Part shown: in pieces, positions 1 through 12,815 of the stretch
Position numbering within the stretch: the first letter of the stretch is position 1
Layout: each line of letters opens with the position of its first letter
Source: Haliotis cracherodii
Taxonomy: Eukaryota
Reading direction: 5' to 3'
Assembly (NCBI RefSeq): GCF_022045235.1
Contig: NW_027266297.1
Location: 53,258,001-53,322,000, forward strand
DNA length: 64,000 nucleotides
The notes under the pieces: generated by a model
Database searches by the model: none
Told to the model about the DNA's origin: nothing
Seen by the model: only the letters and a program-made list of their open reading frames with translations
Position numbers and translations under genes: made by a program

Positions 1-409
1 CAAAATGAACTACTCTGGAAATGTTTTAGTTTTAGCCTTCATAGAGTGTTATAATACCACGTATATCTCAACAGTACTGATGGGCACGGGTGGCCATGTG
101 GTCTGGGTTGTCGAACTTGTCTGGACATGGCAGCGTCCTAGTCACCATGTGAGGATCCGCTGATTGAGGTTTCGCATCTCTGGTTCTCATTGGTTAGCAT
201 CACCATGAGTTTCACCAAAGTGGAACATATCTTTTAAGTTTTGAACGTCCTCCTTCAATTAAGCTAACAAAGTAAACTAACATACACAATTATTTGTGCT
301 GTTTATTTTGCTATCATTTTAACTGGCGCCACATTGCAAAGTTTGAACAATATTATATATCGTTCTGATTTATCCCATTTCATGGATACGGCGGTTATTG
401 AACTACACA

Positions 410-580
410 TGACCCAGTGTGCTCGACGGCAATATGACAACTGTGTGGATGGTTACAAGGTGGGGAGGGATGCTGGGGAGAGACGTGTAACAGAACTGTG
501 AAGTCAGAACATGTTATCAAGGGACCGGTAATTGCATTGGTAACTGTAGGGCGAGATGGCACGGCCAGCGTCGTAGGAAA
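410..580 (+). pseudogene. Decayed EGF-exon relic upstream of R1
   Basis: Broken frames read TQCARRQYDNCVDGY and NCEVRTCYQGTGNCIGNCRARWHGQR, paralleling R1 PHCARWHSGQCVECY and NCKRGACIQQSGHCIGDCTHGWHGLH; there are frameshifts, deletions and lost Cys. Confidence 0.6.
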
Positions 581-698
581 TTTTTTTCAATTGATGTTCC
601 TTAATAAAATTGGTGAAACTATGTAAATTAGCATGGTATTAATATAGTTCAAGATACCAAAAATAATTTGTGAATTGATCTTGATCTTACCATTACAG

Positions 699-2030
699 GT
701 GCTTCCAAGATACACAATCCCCACTGTGCGAGGTGGCATAGTGGTCAATGTGTGGAATGTTACTACGGGTGGTTTGGACCTCAGTGTGAGAGAAAGTGTG
801 ACAGGAACTGCTGGACCACTGGGTGTTATAAGGGTACAGGGATCTGTGAACAATGTGTGCCGGGTAGATACGGAAGACATTGTAAAACAAGATGTCCTGA
901 CAACTGTAGATCGGGTAGAGACGGGACTGTGAACTGTGATCGGGTCGGCGGGAGATGCCAGGAGGGGTGTAAGGAAGATTGGTGGGGAGACACGTGTAGC
1001 AAGCGATGTAATAGTAACTGTAAGAGGGGGGCATGTATCCAGCAATCAGGACATTGTATCGGTGACTGCACACATGGCTGGCACGGATTGCACTGTGACA
1101 AACAGTGTTCAGTTGGGTGTCGTGGAAACCGCTGCAGTTGTGTGACAGGGGTATGTACGCATGGGTGTGGGAAAGGCTGGTCAGGTGAAACATGTGAAGA
1201 GCAAGAACAGCGAAGAGAATGTAGTGCCACGTGTAAAACGCATGAGTGTGATACGAATGGGAGGTGTTTGAAAGGATGTATACATGGATTCAGAGGCAGC
1301 TCCTGTAACGAAACATGTCCGGTGAATTGCCACATTTGTCAACAAGACACAACGTCATGCACGAGATGCGAACACGGATGGCAGGGACCTATCTGTACCA
1401 GCAGAACTATCACACATCATCATCATCGTCCGTCCAAAAAGGAACCGATATTCGACTCACTTGATTCCCCAGCTGTACCAAAAGGTATGTATATCACAAC
1501 CGATAGTGAAGCAGTCAGTCTAATCAAAATGAATGTTTCGGTCCAACTGCTTAACAAATGGATCCATCAAATCATTGTACTTTAATGGACCATCGGACAT
1601 TGAAGTAGTTTAGCTGAGGAATATATCCTGGTTAGTTGAATTCAATATATTGATGATGTATGTTCCTTTAACATAGAAATGAAAACCAAAGACGAAGAAT
1701 AATGCCTTTGCTTGTTAATGTTTTGGTATCATTCTCTTCCTTTCAGGTAGGGCGAACAGCAGGAATAATGGCAACGTGTTGCTGGTCCTGGTAGCTGTGA
1801 TTATCAGTGCAATGGGTCACATTGATCTGTCATGTTATGCCTATGAAACAGTCCGAATACAAGGAACCGTACGATACATCTTACAAAAGTTACGGCTACA
1901 CGTAAAACGGTTGTGTGTGCAGATTGCATGTCATGAGTGTACACTAGTTCATGCGTTTGTAAATTGGCGGTTCCAAAGGCCGTCAATATCAGATTGTATG
2001 TCCAGTGGTACGGTAATATTATCACCGTAG
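699..2030 (+). CDS. R1: multiple EGF-like-domain surface protein (MEGF10/SCARF-like), 5' partial
   Basis: EGF exon 699-1484 (ttacag|GT ... AAAG|gtatgt, phase 1-1, matches ORF 752-1585) with an HHHH stalk. Terminal exon from 1747 (tttcag|) reads GRANSRNNGNVLLVLVAVIISAMG and stays open to 2030. No signal exon was identified. Confidence 0.8.
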
Positions 2031-2619
2031 TTTTGTTCTCACGTGATGCTTCAATATAACCTGCATCGAATGCAATCTTTTATGCTAACTGAAAACATGA
2101 TTCAATTTCTATCGTTAGATTTCTTAACTATTTACAACCCAAACATCGAGTTGGTCTCACATTTAAGAATGTGTCAAGGGAAAGTAACTCCAACATACTT
2201 CACCGTCATAGTGACATTTGGTTTCATCATCTTTTACATTCTTCATACCATTACTTCGAGAACGTATCAACTCAAGCTCAAGTGTGTTGAGCATAGAATA
2301 GAAACACAGGAACTTATTGGCTATCAAAAGTGGTATTTCTTATGATGACAAATGTGCACCATTAACAAAGTAAAAATATTCATTTGTTTATTGTTTTCCT
2401 TAGAACTACGTGTGGGAGAATGAGGATTCGCCTGATTGGTCTCCTGATTTTGGCTACTGTTGTACAAAGAAATAATGTGCTGTCAAACTGTCTGTCTGTT
2501 TAATCCTGGACACTGAAAGTCCTGATGTATTTGATTTTAAATAAAAAAGCTATTTTTTAAAGCATGATGAGACCGAGTTTTTATGCTGTCATGGCTTGTA
2601 CATGTACAGGTTCGATTAC

Positions 2620-2822
2620 ATGTGTCTGTCATCGTGTGCAGAGTTGCGCCCCTTAGGTGGGCCAGAAATCTATGTCGTGGGTCTGAATTGCCCTTGTCAG
2701 CAACATGTTCGTGTTTGTGGGTTTCACCAACGTGGTAAATACCTAAAGCCTGCACCAAATGGAACTCGCCTGATATAACTGATATACTGTTCAAAGCGGA
2801 GTTAAAGTAAGACAACTCACTG
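2620..2822 (+). mobile_element. SINE family A, degenerate copy
   Basis: Matches 18645-18898 (tgtgcagagttgcgcccctt...gtggtaaa...ctgttcaaagcgg...caactcact). Confidence 0.65.
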
Positions 2823-3574
2823 ACATGAATAACAACCATGAAAGGGAAAAACCAAGACATATGATTTGGAATGGAAGTGAAAACTTTGTGATGTAAATAC
2901 TTCATTTTTTGTTGAGTATGGTATCTGAATGTGATGGTTTGATACGTCCGGTAGATTTCATTCGTACGAACACATACTGCTTTTCAGTATCTTCCTTAAT
3001 GTCCAGCTCGTTTAAGTTTCTGTGAACCTGTTACTTGTATACCACTACTATGAACGTATCAGCAATTTCACATTGAAATTCACCCTTTTCATTTAATTCA
3101 ATCGACTTAATGTTGTAGTCGCTGACTCAGCCAGGCATGGCTTTACACACACACACATATATGTTAGAGGAGGTCCAGACTAACGAGATTCCGCTTTGTT
3201 GCATCCAGCTATGAAGTTCTCGAAGTCTGATTCTGATATTGATACTATTGATATTATTTTGGACGAAAGCAGTATAGGATTATACCTCGTGTCACGGAAA
3301 TAAAATATTACTTAAAACTGAATTCATACAGATATCCATTTAAACTCACCTCAATCGGTCATTGTATTGTATGAAACAAATATTGAACTATGTTGCCTTG
3401 TGAATGCATCCCATTGTGATGCTGACATGGTTTATCTGTCTGTGATAGCCAACTATCTACATCTTCGACAATCCTCCTTGGTAGATATGTGACGCGAAGC
3501 ATTTAGCACTGCATACCTCCGTGTTAGATCTCGATGTTAACAGTGCAACCACGAACTGAATCATTTATCATATA

Positions 3575-3748
3575 CAGTCGAACTTCGTTATATCGAACCT
3601 AGCGGGTCCGTGTTGGAACTTTGTGATATCCGAACATTCGAGATAATGAAGCATGAACATTATATAATAAAGTGGCCAGGATTGGAGAATAGGTTTGAGA
3701 TATCAGTACGTTCGAGATATCTTGGTTCAAGACAACAAGGCTCGACTG
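3575..3748. mobile_element. Tigger/pogo-like MITE
   Basis: Terminal inverted repeats CAGTCGAAC.../...CTCGACTG flanked by TA, with internal TTCGAGATA subrepeats. Confidence 0.7.
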
Positions 3749-4057
3749 TATATGTTGGTTGCTAACATGGGGATCATGGAGGCATATACAAATGTATGTA
3801 TATGTAACAAAAGAATTTGACTCTATGCCTGTCGGTACATGAACTCTTAAAACAGCGACACCTGATCTTCACCCAAAGTATAGGGGATGTTGGATATCAA
3901 TACACTTTATCAAGCTTTTAAGGAACTCAGAATAGCTTATAACATTATGTGAAACTACACAGTGTCATTACAAGGCTGTCTGCCATAAATATTAAATAAA
4001 CAAGAGTTATCATTGCCGTAGTGGGAAATCACTTACCTGCAAAAAAGATAATGCTTG

Positions 4058-6070
4058 CAATTTGTAGATATGGGCAACACTGGGATTATGTTTGTAATTT
4101 GTAGATGTGGTCAACACTGGGATTATGCTTGTAATTTGTAGATGTGGGCAACATTAGGATTATGCAAGTAATTTGTAGATGTGGTCAACATTAGAATTAT
4201 GCAAGTAATTTGTAGACGTGGTCAACACTAGGATTATGCAAGTAATTTGTAGATGTGGTCAACACTAGGATTATGCAAGTCATTTGTAGATGTGGTCAAC
4301 ACTAGGATTATGCTTGTAATTTGTAGATGTGGTCAACACTAGGATTATGCAAGTCATTTGTAGATTTGGGCAACACTAGGATTATGTTTGTAATTTGTAG
4401 ATGTGGGCAATACTTGGATTATGCTTGTAATTTGTAGATGTGGTCAATACTGAGATTATGCTTCTAATTTGTAGATATGGGCAATACTTGGATTATGTTT
4501 GTAAGTTGTAGATGTGGTCAACACTAGGATTATGCAAGTAATTTGTAGATGTGGTCAACACTGAGATTATGCTTGTAATTTGTCGATGTGGGCAACACTG
4601 GGATTATGCAAGTAATTTGTAGATGTGGTCAACACTGGGATTATGCTTGTAATTTGTAAATGTGGGCAGGTAATTTATAGATGTGGTCAACACTGAGATT
4701 ATGCTTGTAATTTGTAGATGTGGGCAACACTGGGATTATGCAAGTAATTTGTAGATGTGGTCAACACTGGGATTATGCTTGTAATTTGTAAATGTGGGCA
4801 GGTAATTTGTAGATGTGGTCAACACTGAGATTATGCTTGTAATTTGTAGATGTGGGCAACACTGGGATTATGTTTGTAATTTGTAGATGTGGTCAACACT
4901 GAGATTATGCGAATAATTTGTAGATGTGGTCAACACTAGGATTATGCTCGTAATTTGTAGATGTGGGCAACACTGAGATTATGCTTGTAATTTGTAGATG
5001 TGGTCAACACTAGGATTATGCAAGTCATTTGTAGATGTGGGCAACACTAGGATTATGTTTGTAATTTGTAGATGTGGGCAATACTTGGATTATGCTTGTA
5101 ATTTGTAGATGTGGTCAATACTGAGATTATGCTTCTAATTTGTAGATATGGGCAATACTTGGATTATGTTTGTAAGTTGTAGATGTGGTCAACACTAGGA
5201 TTATGCAAGTAATTTGTAGATGTGGTCAACACTGAGATTATGCTTGTAATTTGTCGATGTGGGCAACACTGGGATTATGCAAGTAATTTGTAGATGTGGT
5301 CAACACTGGGATTATGCTTGTAATTTGTAAATGTCGGCAGGTAATTTGTAGATGTGGTCAACACTGGGATTATGTTTGTAATTTGTAGATGTGGGCAACA
5401 CTGGGATTATGTTTGTAATTTGTAGATGTGGTCAACACTGGGATTATGTTTGTAATTTGTAGATGTGGTCAACACTGAGATTATGCGAATAATTTGTAGA
5501 TGTGGTCAACACTAGGATTATGCTTGTAATTTGTAGATGTGGGCAACACTGAGATTATGCTTGTAATTTGTAGATGTGGTCAATACTGGGATTATGCGAA
5601 TAATTTGTAGATGTGGGCAACACTGAGATTATGTTTGTAATTTGTAGATGTGGGCAACACTGAGATTATGCTTGTAATTTGTAGATGTGGGCAACACTAG
5701 GATTATGCTTGTAATTTGTAGATGTGGTCAATACTGGGATTATGCGAATAATTTGTAGATGTGGGCAACACTGAGATTATGTTTGTAATTTGTAGATGTG
5801 GGCAACACTGAGATTATGTTTGTAATTTGTAGATGTGGGCAACACTAGGATTATGCTTGTAATTTGTAGATGTGGGCAACACTGAGATTATGTTTGTAAT
5901 TTGTAGATGTGGTCAACACTGGGATTATGCTTGTAATTTGTAGATGTGGTCAACACTGGGATTATGTTGTTGTTGTTGCATTAGGTGTTTAAGAGGTCGC
6001 CTTCTGCCTAGGCAATTTCGGCTGAACTGGGATTATGTTTGTAATTTGTAGATGTGGTCAACACTGAGAT
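4058..6070. repeat. 37-bp tandem repeat, about 50 copies
   Basis: Unit TAATTTGTAGATGTGG(T/G)CAACACTGGGATTATGCTTG; successive starts at 4095 and 4132. Confidence 0.97.
5969..6025 (-). mobile_element. 5'-truncated non-LTR retroelement end with (AAC)n tail, inside the satellite
   Basis: 14-bp TSD ACTGGGATTATGTT at 5955-5968 and 6026-6039; the minus strand ends ...cacctaatgcaacaacaac. Confidence 0.7.
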
Positions 6071-6171
6071 CAGTTGCGTTAAACCCAACTCACTCAAACT
6101 CTTTAAATTTCTATATTAGATATGTCAACACAAGTAGACAAAGGTTTCTTCAAGCGCATGTCAATATATAG

Positions 6172-6348
6172 AGTGAGTGAGTGAGTTGGATTTAACGCCA
6201 CTTTTAACAATATTCCAGTTATATCGCGGCGAGTGAGCTTAATGTTGGAGGAAAGCCCGAACTGATGCAGGTCTCAGACTCCATCGACTCCATCAGCTTA
6301 ACGAGCCAGACGAGTCAGTCCCTCAACCACCAGGCTACCCCACCGCCC
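6172..6348 (-). mobile_element. Chimeric SINE (family B head plus family A body/tail)
   Basis: The tail side matches family A (ggaaagcccga...tgatgcaggtctcagac); the head side matches family B (accaccaggctaccccaccgccc). Confidence 0.65.
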
Positions 6349-7092
6349 CTATAGTTTGGTTAAAGATGTTGAGTGTATTTATGAGCTTGGAACAACTCTA
6401 AAATAAGATCTTAATAATTCCCCCGACTTTTAATAGTAATTAACCATTTATTTCCTTTCTAGAAACATTTTCACGTAACCACTTCCGAAACATATGCATG
6501 TTGAAACATGACCCTGGATGGCTCGTCTTATATGTGTCTAAGGATTTATGAAGCATAGTAATTTACCTGACTTACCCGTCTGTTAGCACATGCTTTCATG
6601 ATTTAAGTCAATCAATACAGTTGTACTTGGTAGTTTGACATAATAGTATAACAATTTCACACAGGGGACGAATCATAAGTACAATGTCCTGTCTTCAAAT
6701 AGTAATCGTCGAAAGCCGCTTGTTAATATTGATCATGAAACTGGATCCTGACCATACTGAAACTAAAATTCATGCTTTCTAATTGATCTGTTTGCTAGTA
6801 ATCACCTTCTAATTTCACGTGACGCCATTCTACTTTACGACGAAATGTGAATGCCATGTCCTTGTATGTTTACATCGTTTCGCTCCGTCCTCAAAACATA
6901 CCTCATATATTTCAAATACTAGTTGTTGAAAATGTCAATACTATTTTAACGTATAAAGATGGATACACCCTAAAAAGTGTGCATTGATCTGTGGGTAACT
7001 GATATGCCAAAATATTGAATTAAAATTTGGTTTATGAAGGCAAACCATTTTGCGAAAATCAGTAATTGGATAGTCCCAGGTGCAGACGATTG

Positions 7093-7361
7093 TGAGTGAG
7101 TTAGGTTTAAAGCCGCTTTTAACATTATTCCATATATATCGCAGCGTGTCAGCTTAATGTGTGAGGAAAACCTGATGCAGGTCTCAGACGTTTACCACTT
7201 CGGTGAAACTCACGAACACGGGCATGGTGCTGACAAACTTAGAAACATAATTGGGGCGAACCGGGATTCTAACCCATATTCATAGGTTTCTGGTGTGCCC
7301 AAGGGACGCAACTCTGCACAGCGAATCTCGGCGCCCTTAGAAGACTGGGCCACCCGTGCCC
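7093..7361 (-). mobile_element. tRNA-derived SINE family A
   Basis: Reverse complement of 18645-18898, with a B-box-like GGTTAGAATCC and (ACTC)n tail. Confidence 0.85.
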
Positions 7362-7971
7362 CAGGGGAAAGACGAAGAAGCACACTTGAGAGGAAACATT
7401 TATCAAATCAGTGTAGGTTAGTAGGAAACAGATATAATGAAAAAGATTTCTTCCGCAATATTCCCTTAAAAACTGAGTCACTGCACTTTCTTAATTTCCT
7501 TTCTGAGCAGTTTCCCTCAATGAAATCAAACACTTTTCCAGTTGTCAAAGCAAGACGACACACGAGAACGCCTACAGAGGTAGAGTAGCCTTTACTTCTA
7601 GACAGATGTATATTGAATCATAAATGTAACTGAATAAATAAAGCCTGAATTGAACCTTGCTAACTCTAATTTCATTAAATGCATATAAAGGCTGGTTATA
7701 TTTAATTCCACATCAGAAGGAATTTCTATGTAGTATGTATCTTACTAACTATATTACTTAAGGGGCATATGGACACTGACGTGACCCCGACACACTTGGG
7801 TAGGCAGCGCATACAACTCGACGAGCTGGTGTCAGAGCATTCACTTTACAACGATTCATAGATGTAGGCTCATGATATACATAATAACTTCCACTAATTG
7901 GCAATATCGTATTAATAACTCTGGTTAATTCAATGTATATATACGTCATCATTGTTTTCAGCAGAGGAAAT

Positions 7972-10309
7972 ATGGATTTGACTTGGATATTGTTAATCTA
8001 TTCATCGCTTGATGTCGGAAGTTGGGGTACGTATACATATTACTAATATATATGTTATATATTCATTTGTCTAAATACATATTGTTCCTTTTAAATGCTA
8101 TGCATTCATATCAATAAATGACTTTCTCACAACCTGTTTACTTGGTACCAATTCACTTCCTGCATATGAAACAACATCATTCCTTGATTAAATCGTTTTT
8201 GTTTCAGGGGGCAATGATGTTTGCAAACATATTGAGGTGTGCTGTCTTAATAAAGACAAACAGTGTAAAAGGGAAGCGTCGTCAGATATTTGCAAAGTCG
8301 AATGCAGTAAATATCATGATTGTTCCACAAACGACGTTCGGCTTTCGAAAGAAGGGATTGCATGCAAAGCAAATTGTACAAATGACATTGGGGCATGCGA
8401 TGTCGAATGCATCCCTGGACATTACGGTACCAAATGTCAATTTGGATGTAATGGTAAATGTAGAATGCATAAGTGTTACAGAGATAATGGCTCGTGCGTT
8501 GACGGTTGTGAGGCAGGCCACTTTGGAGATAAATGTGAGTCGGCATGTAACAGTAATTGCAAGGACAAAAAATGTGACAGGAGTAACGGAAGCTGCATCA
8601 ATGGGTGTTCTCCTGGCTATTACGGTGAAGACTGTCTTAGTAAATGTGAAACATCATGCCGTTATCACGTTTGTATTGGGAAGACTGGCAACTGTCTTTT
8701 TGGATGCACTGAGGGTTTCTATGGGCTTCTGTGCAAAAAGACTTGCTCTGACGATTGCTTTCTATGCCATCCTGAATTTGGGGAATGCATCTTTGGTAGG
8801 TACATATTTGAAACATCTTTTGAAGTAAGAGCGAATTCAGAGCAATACGAGTATTGTGATACATAATCAATCAACATTACCATGTTATTTGGATAACAGA
8901 TTAAGAATACCTTTGTGGTTCAGACAATAGCTCATGGTAACCCTCTTGATTGTTCCAGATCATAGTCCTGAGCTCGAGCTCGAGGGTACTCCTTGCACCA
9001 CGAAGATACTCGTTGTCTTTTGGGGGTCAGCTGGAGTGCTCATCCTCCTTGCTGGAGCGGCAGTGTTGATGTGCAGGTAACTCAGATTATTGTTTAATGT
9101 TTATGTATATTCAAACGCCAGTGTACATGTTGCTGTACATATGTCAGATAAACATACATGAGGCCAATGGTCCAGATAATCAACCATTGTTTTAAAACTG
9201 TTGATAACAGTAATGTTCTATTTTTCAAAACCATTTTTTATCTTCTTTCATTTTCAATAACATGTCAAATATAAGCCCTGCTAACAAAATAAAATATCAA
9301 AATTTTAATCCGCTTTAAAATGATATAAAGCATGACTGTGGCATACCTTGTACACATAATTGTAATTATGGTGTGAAATTAGTCAGATCACCTTTTGACT
9401 GTTTATGACCTATCAGTGTAGTGATGAGTTGTAACTTGTTTCCTAGTCATGGCTTAGGATCATTCCTTTAGATCAACCATGATCAGCACCTTAGTCTTAT
9501 ATTAGTTAATTACCTTAGTTAATAAATCTAACAAATAGGCTGATAACCTGACGCGTTTATATAAATTTTGAAACTACGCGTTGTCAGTCTGTATTGGTAC
9601 AGTTAGGATAAAACAGCACAAAAAACGAATAATACATTTCGTGTTTATTCACCACAGGAGCCAAACTTGTAGTTTCATTCACAAGAAAAAGAAGAAAGGA
9701 TTAGACACGCTGTTCATAGATACTAGAGCTCCAATGGACTTACCCAGCGTGCCCAGTCAAGACACCAGATCAAGCCACTATGAGGAAATCATGTGTGGTG
9801 AAAAAGATCGTCACTTTCAGCATATTAGTAAAAGTACGGGTAGTATAAACCTGAGAACCTTAATCAACACCATGAAACATCCAAACCAATGCAACACCGC
9901 TAAACGTAAAAGAAACAGGGCAAACGTCGGGAGAAACGCAATGTCACTGGCGTCATCGGTGCACACAATAGACAATTTTCCAACGTGTTGGCTAGGATCG
10001 GCGACTGATTTTGATGAAATGTCGGAACATCCTGATAAGAAGGAAGCACCTCTGGTAAGACCCCTTCAAGCTTCCCAGAAGGAAGCCGTGCGTTTTTCAG
10101 ATGTCCCAAGGGATGAGGATGAAGCAGAAGATATGGATACATCCGTGAAGGAAAGAGAGGGAGAAACTAAGTCACAGGCTGACGATGTGCCAAGGGAAGA
10201 AGCTGGCAAGAGATCCTACATCTCCGCTGTTTTTAATGAAACGGATGAAGATACAATGATCGATGATTCATGTAAAGGAATATATCCGGGATTGAAAAAG
10301 GAAGACTAA
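7972..10309 (+). CDS. R2: type I EGF-repeat receptor with long Tyr-motif tail (470 aa)
   Basis: Exons 7972-8026 (MDLTWILLIYSSLDVGSWG), 8208-8795 (EGF array), 8959-9076 (TM PCTTKILVVFWGSAGVLILLAGAAVLMCR) and 9658-10309 (tail with SHYEEI, YISAV, YPGL). All junctions are GT-AG and the total is 1413 nt in frame. Confidence 0.9.
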
Positions 10310-12454
10310 ACAGCCTTGTTTAGGTAGTTTATTGTTTCTTTAAAAGGTTCAAAATAGTTTGTGGTAAAGAGTCTGAAGCAAAGTGCATGTATCTGTTGCA
10401 AGGGTGACTTCCAACTTCATATCTTACCTCCTCTTCTCGAAAGGTTGATCAAACACGTTGGACTTTCTAGACATTTAGCCTTTTCAGCGTTTCCATTACA
10501 TCTGGAACGTTCCCTCATTAAATGGTCACATAGAGTTCCACCAGGTGTTGACTGTAACATTGAAGACAGCACAGAGATTTTGCATATGTGGTCGCCCTTC
10601 TGTTTCCTGGACATTGTTGGTCGTACAATGTTTTGTGAACCATATATATTTTGACCTTGACTTGATGACATGATGACTTTAAGAGTAATTCTTGATGATT
10701 CCATTTTATTTGGTGATATTATATTATTAATTCAAAGGTCTTTTTACTCTAAGCATTATGAGTGCGAAAACGACGTGGGAACTTATTTGTATGATACAAA
10801 TGCTTGATTTCAATTATAGCTCAGCATTTGTGTCGATATAACATGAATATGAAGTTATTTCTGTTGAACCCAGTATGCGCTACATGCTATTTTATATCAA
10901 TAAAATTAGTCTATACTAGATTTCTCCTTCTGTACTTTTTATTTGTCATTTTACATGTTGAGAGTTTTCAAATGTGTAAATTGGTACTTGTTGTTTTATA
11001 TAAAACTATATATCTATTTTTTGCCGAGACTTATTCATACACTTAACGTGAATTCGAAGTATCTCCATGGCTGCATTAATCCCCCAGTCTCACCCATCAG
11101 TTGAGGCTCAAAGGAACTATTTTATGTATTGTCACGTTCGAAATGCAATACAGGCAAAAAGATAGATGCAAAGAGAGTTAGTATAAAATGTCACAATGTA
11201 AGTATGTAGGACTCTACATAATATACTTTCGTCACCTTGTAAACAAATTTATGTTTATTCATATAGTTTTATATATTATTGTTATTGTACAATAATATCT
11301 GCCAAAATAAGACGTCGAAGGAGCTACTTGCAGCTATATTCATTGTTGTCAGATTGGTAGCTTTTGTTACGAGTAAACATCATGCAATATGTATTAGCTT
11401 TCCTTCCAATAGCGTTGTGGGTGCTCGCATTATCCCTTACATTGCGTGATTTGTAATTTTGTACGTTTCAGTACACGTCTTCAAGTTATAAATTGATTTT
11501 TACTTTCGCTAGTGCCCATGTAGTATCGTAACGAGGAACTAAAAAGTACACAGCAAACAGTACATAAACAAGTTTGATTATATTTATACAACCATGGTGT
11601 CACTAACGAAACAGTTAAATTGTTGGTATGGAATAAACACACTCTTCAATGTCAAATCAAAATTGATCTCAAAGAACTCGGTGATTCGACTGATTCCGAA
11701 TCAGCACAAACTTATTACATCATGTTTGTTTCCTGTATTTATTACTCATGCTGTATATTTGTGAAACATCAACCAAATACCCTTGATCAGTTTATGACTA
11801 AGATTCGGTTTATGTTTCCCGTTGATAAGTCTCTGATGTCACACACACATACATACCAGATTATCATACCCGCCCGACCTTCCAGATACCCCACGCCACA
11901 AAAAAATTATATGTGGAGTCTTCGTCATGTTCAGTTCTTTCACCAACGAAACTAGGAGCTTGTTTACGACCTTTTAAATATTCATAATAGCAGTAAAGAT
12001 TTATCGAGTATTATGTGCGGTCAAAACCTACGTCAAGTGAACGAACATAAGCTAACAGACTTGGTCAATGAAACTGTGAAATTTGCGATATAACATCACT
12101 AGATATGATGCTTTACCATTTCAATTGTGTTTCCTGTTCAGGTAGGTGTTGTTTCATATGCAGAATTTACGATTACTGTGTGTATTAATCTCTTAAGATA
12201 AGCCGGAAATTGCAATCAGCTGTGCACACATTTTCTCCAATACTACCAGTGATTCAGTTTAAAAACATTTACATTCAGTTAACTCCTTTGCTTCGGGAAG
12301 ATGTACTTTCATACGTTGCCTGATGGCTTTACGCATGGAACAGTTAGAAGCTTGCCGCGGACTTGGATGACGAAAACATATTATAGTCGAACTACGACAA
12401 ATATGACTTTATTACAAGTCAAAGTATGGCATCTGAGATATTTTTCAGTCTCTA

Positions 12455-12552
12455 TATGTTTGTGCACCCCTCTATACAGCTGTATGTTTGTGCACCCCTC
12501 TATACAGCTGTATGTTTGTGCACCCCTCTATACAGCTGTATGCGTGTACACC
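12455..12552. repeat. 28-bp tandem repeat running into an assembly gap
   Basis: Unit TGTATGTTTGTGCACCCCTCTATACAGC, about 3.5 copies before the N run. Confidence 0.85.
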
Positions 12553-12815
12553 NNNNNNNNNNNNNNNNNNNNNNNNNNNNNNNNNNNNNNNNNNNNNNNN
12601 NNNNNNNNNNNNNNNNNNNNNNNNNNNNNNNNNNNNNNNNNNNNNNNNNNNNNNNNNNNNNNNNNNNNNNNNNNNNNNNNNNNNNNNNNNNNNNNNNNNN
12701 NNNNNNNNNNNNNNNNNNNNNNNNNNNNNNNNNNNNNNNNNNNNNNNNNNNNNNNNNNNNNNNNNNNNNNNNNNNNNNNNNNNNNNNNNNNNNNNNNNNN
12801 NNNNNNNNNNNNNNN
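12553..12815. other. Assembly gap
   Basis: Run of N. Confidence 0.99.

Noticed and set aside
75-165. Possible R1 signal exon or last exon of an upstream gene
   Set aside because: No frame gives a convincing signal peptide with a phase-1 donor, so it is left unassigned.
4058-6070. 37-bp repeat as a CRISPR array
   Set aside because: The units are contiguous with no unique spacers, there are no cas genes, and the context is eukaryotic.
10417-10704. Possible hAT transposase relic (TWWNS, resembling TRWNS)
   Set aside because: A single short motif with no TIRs or further support.
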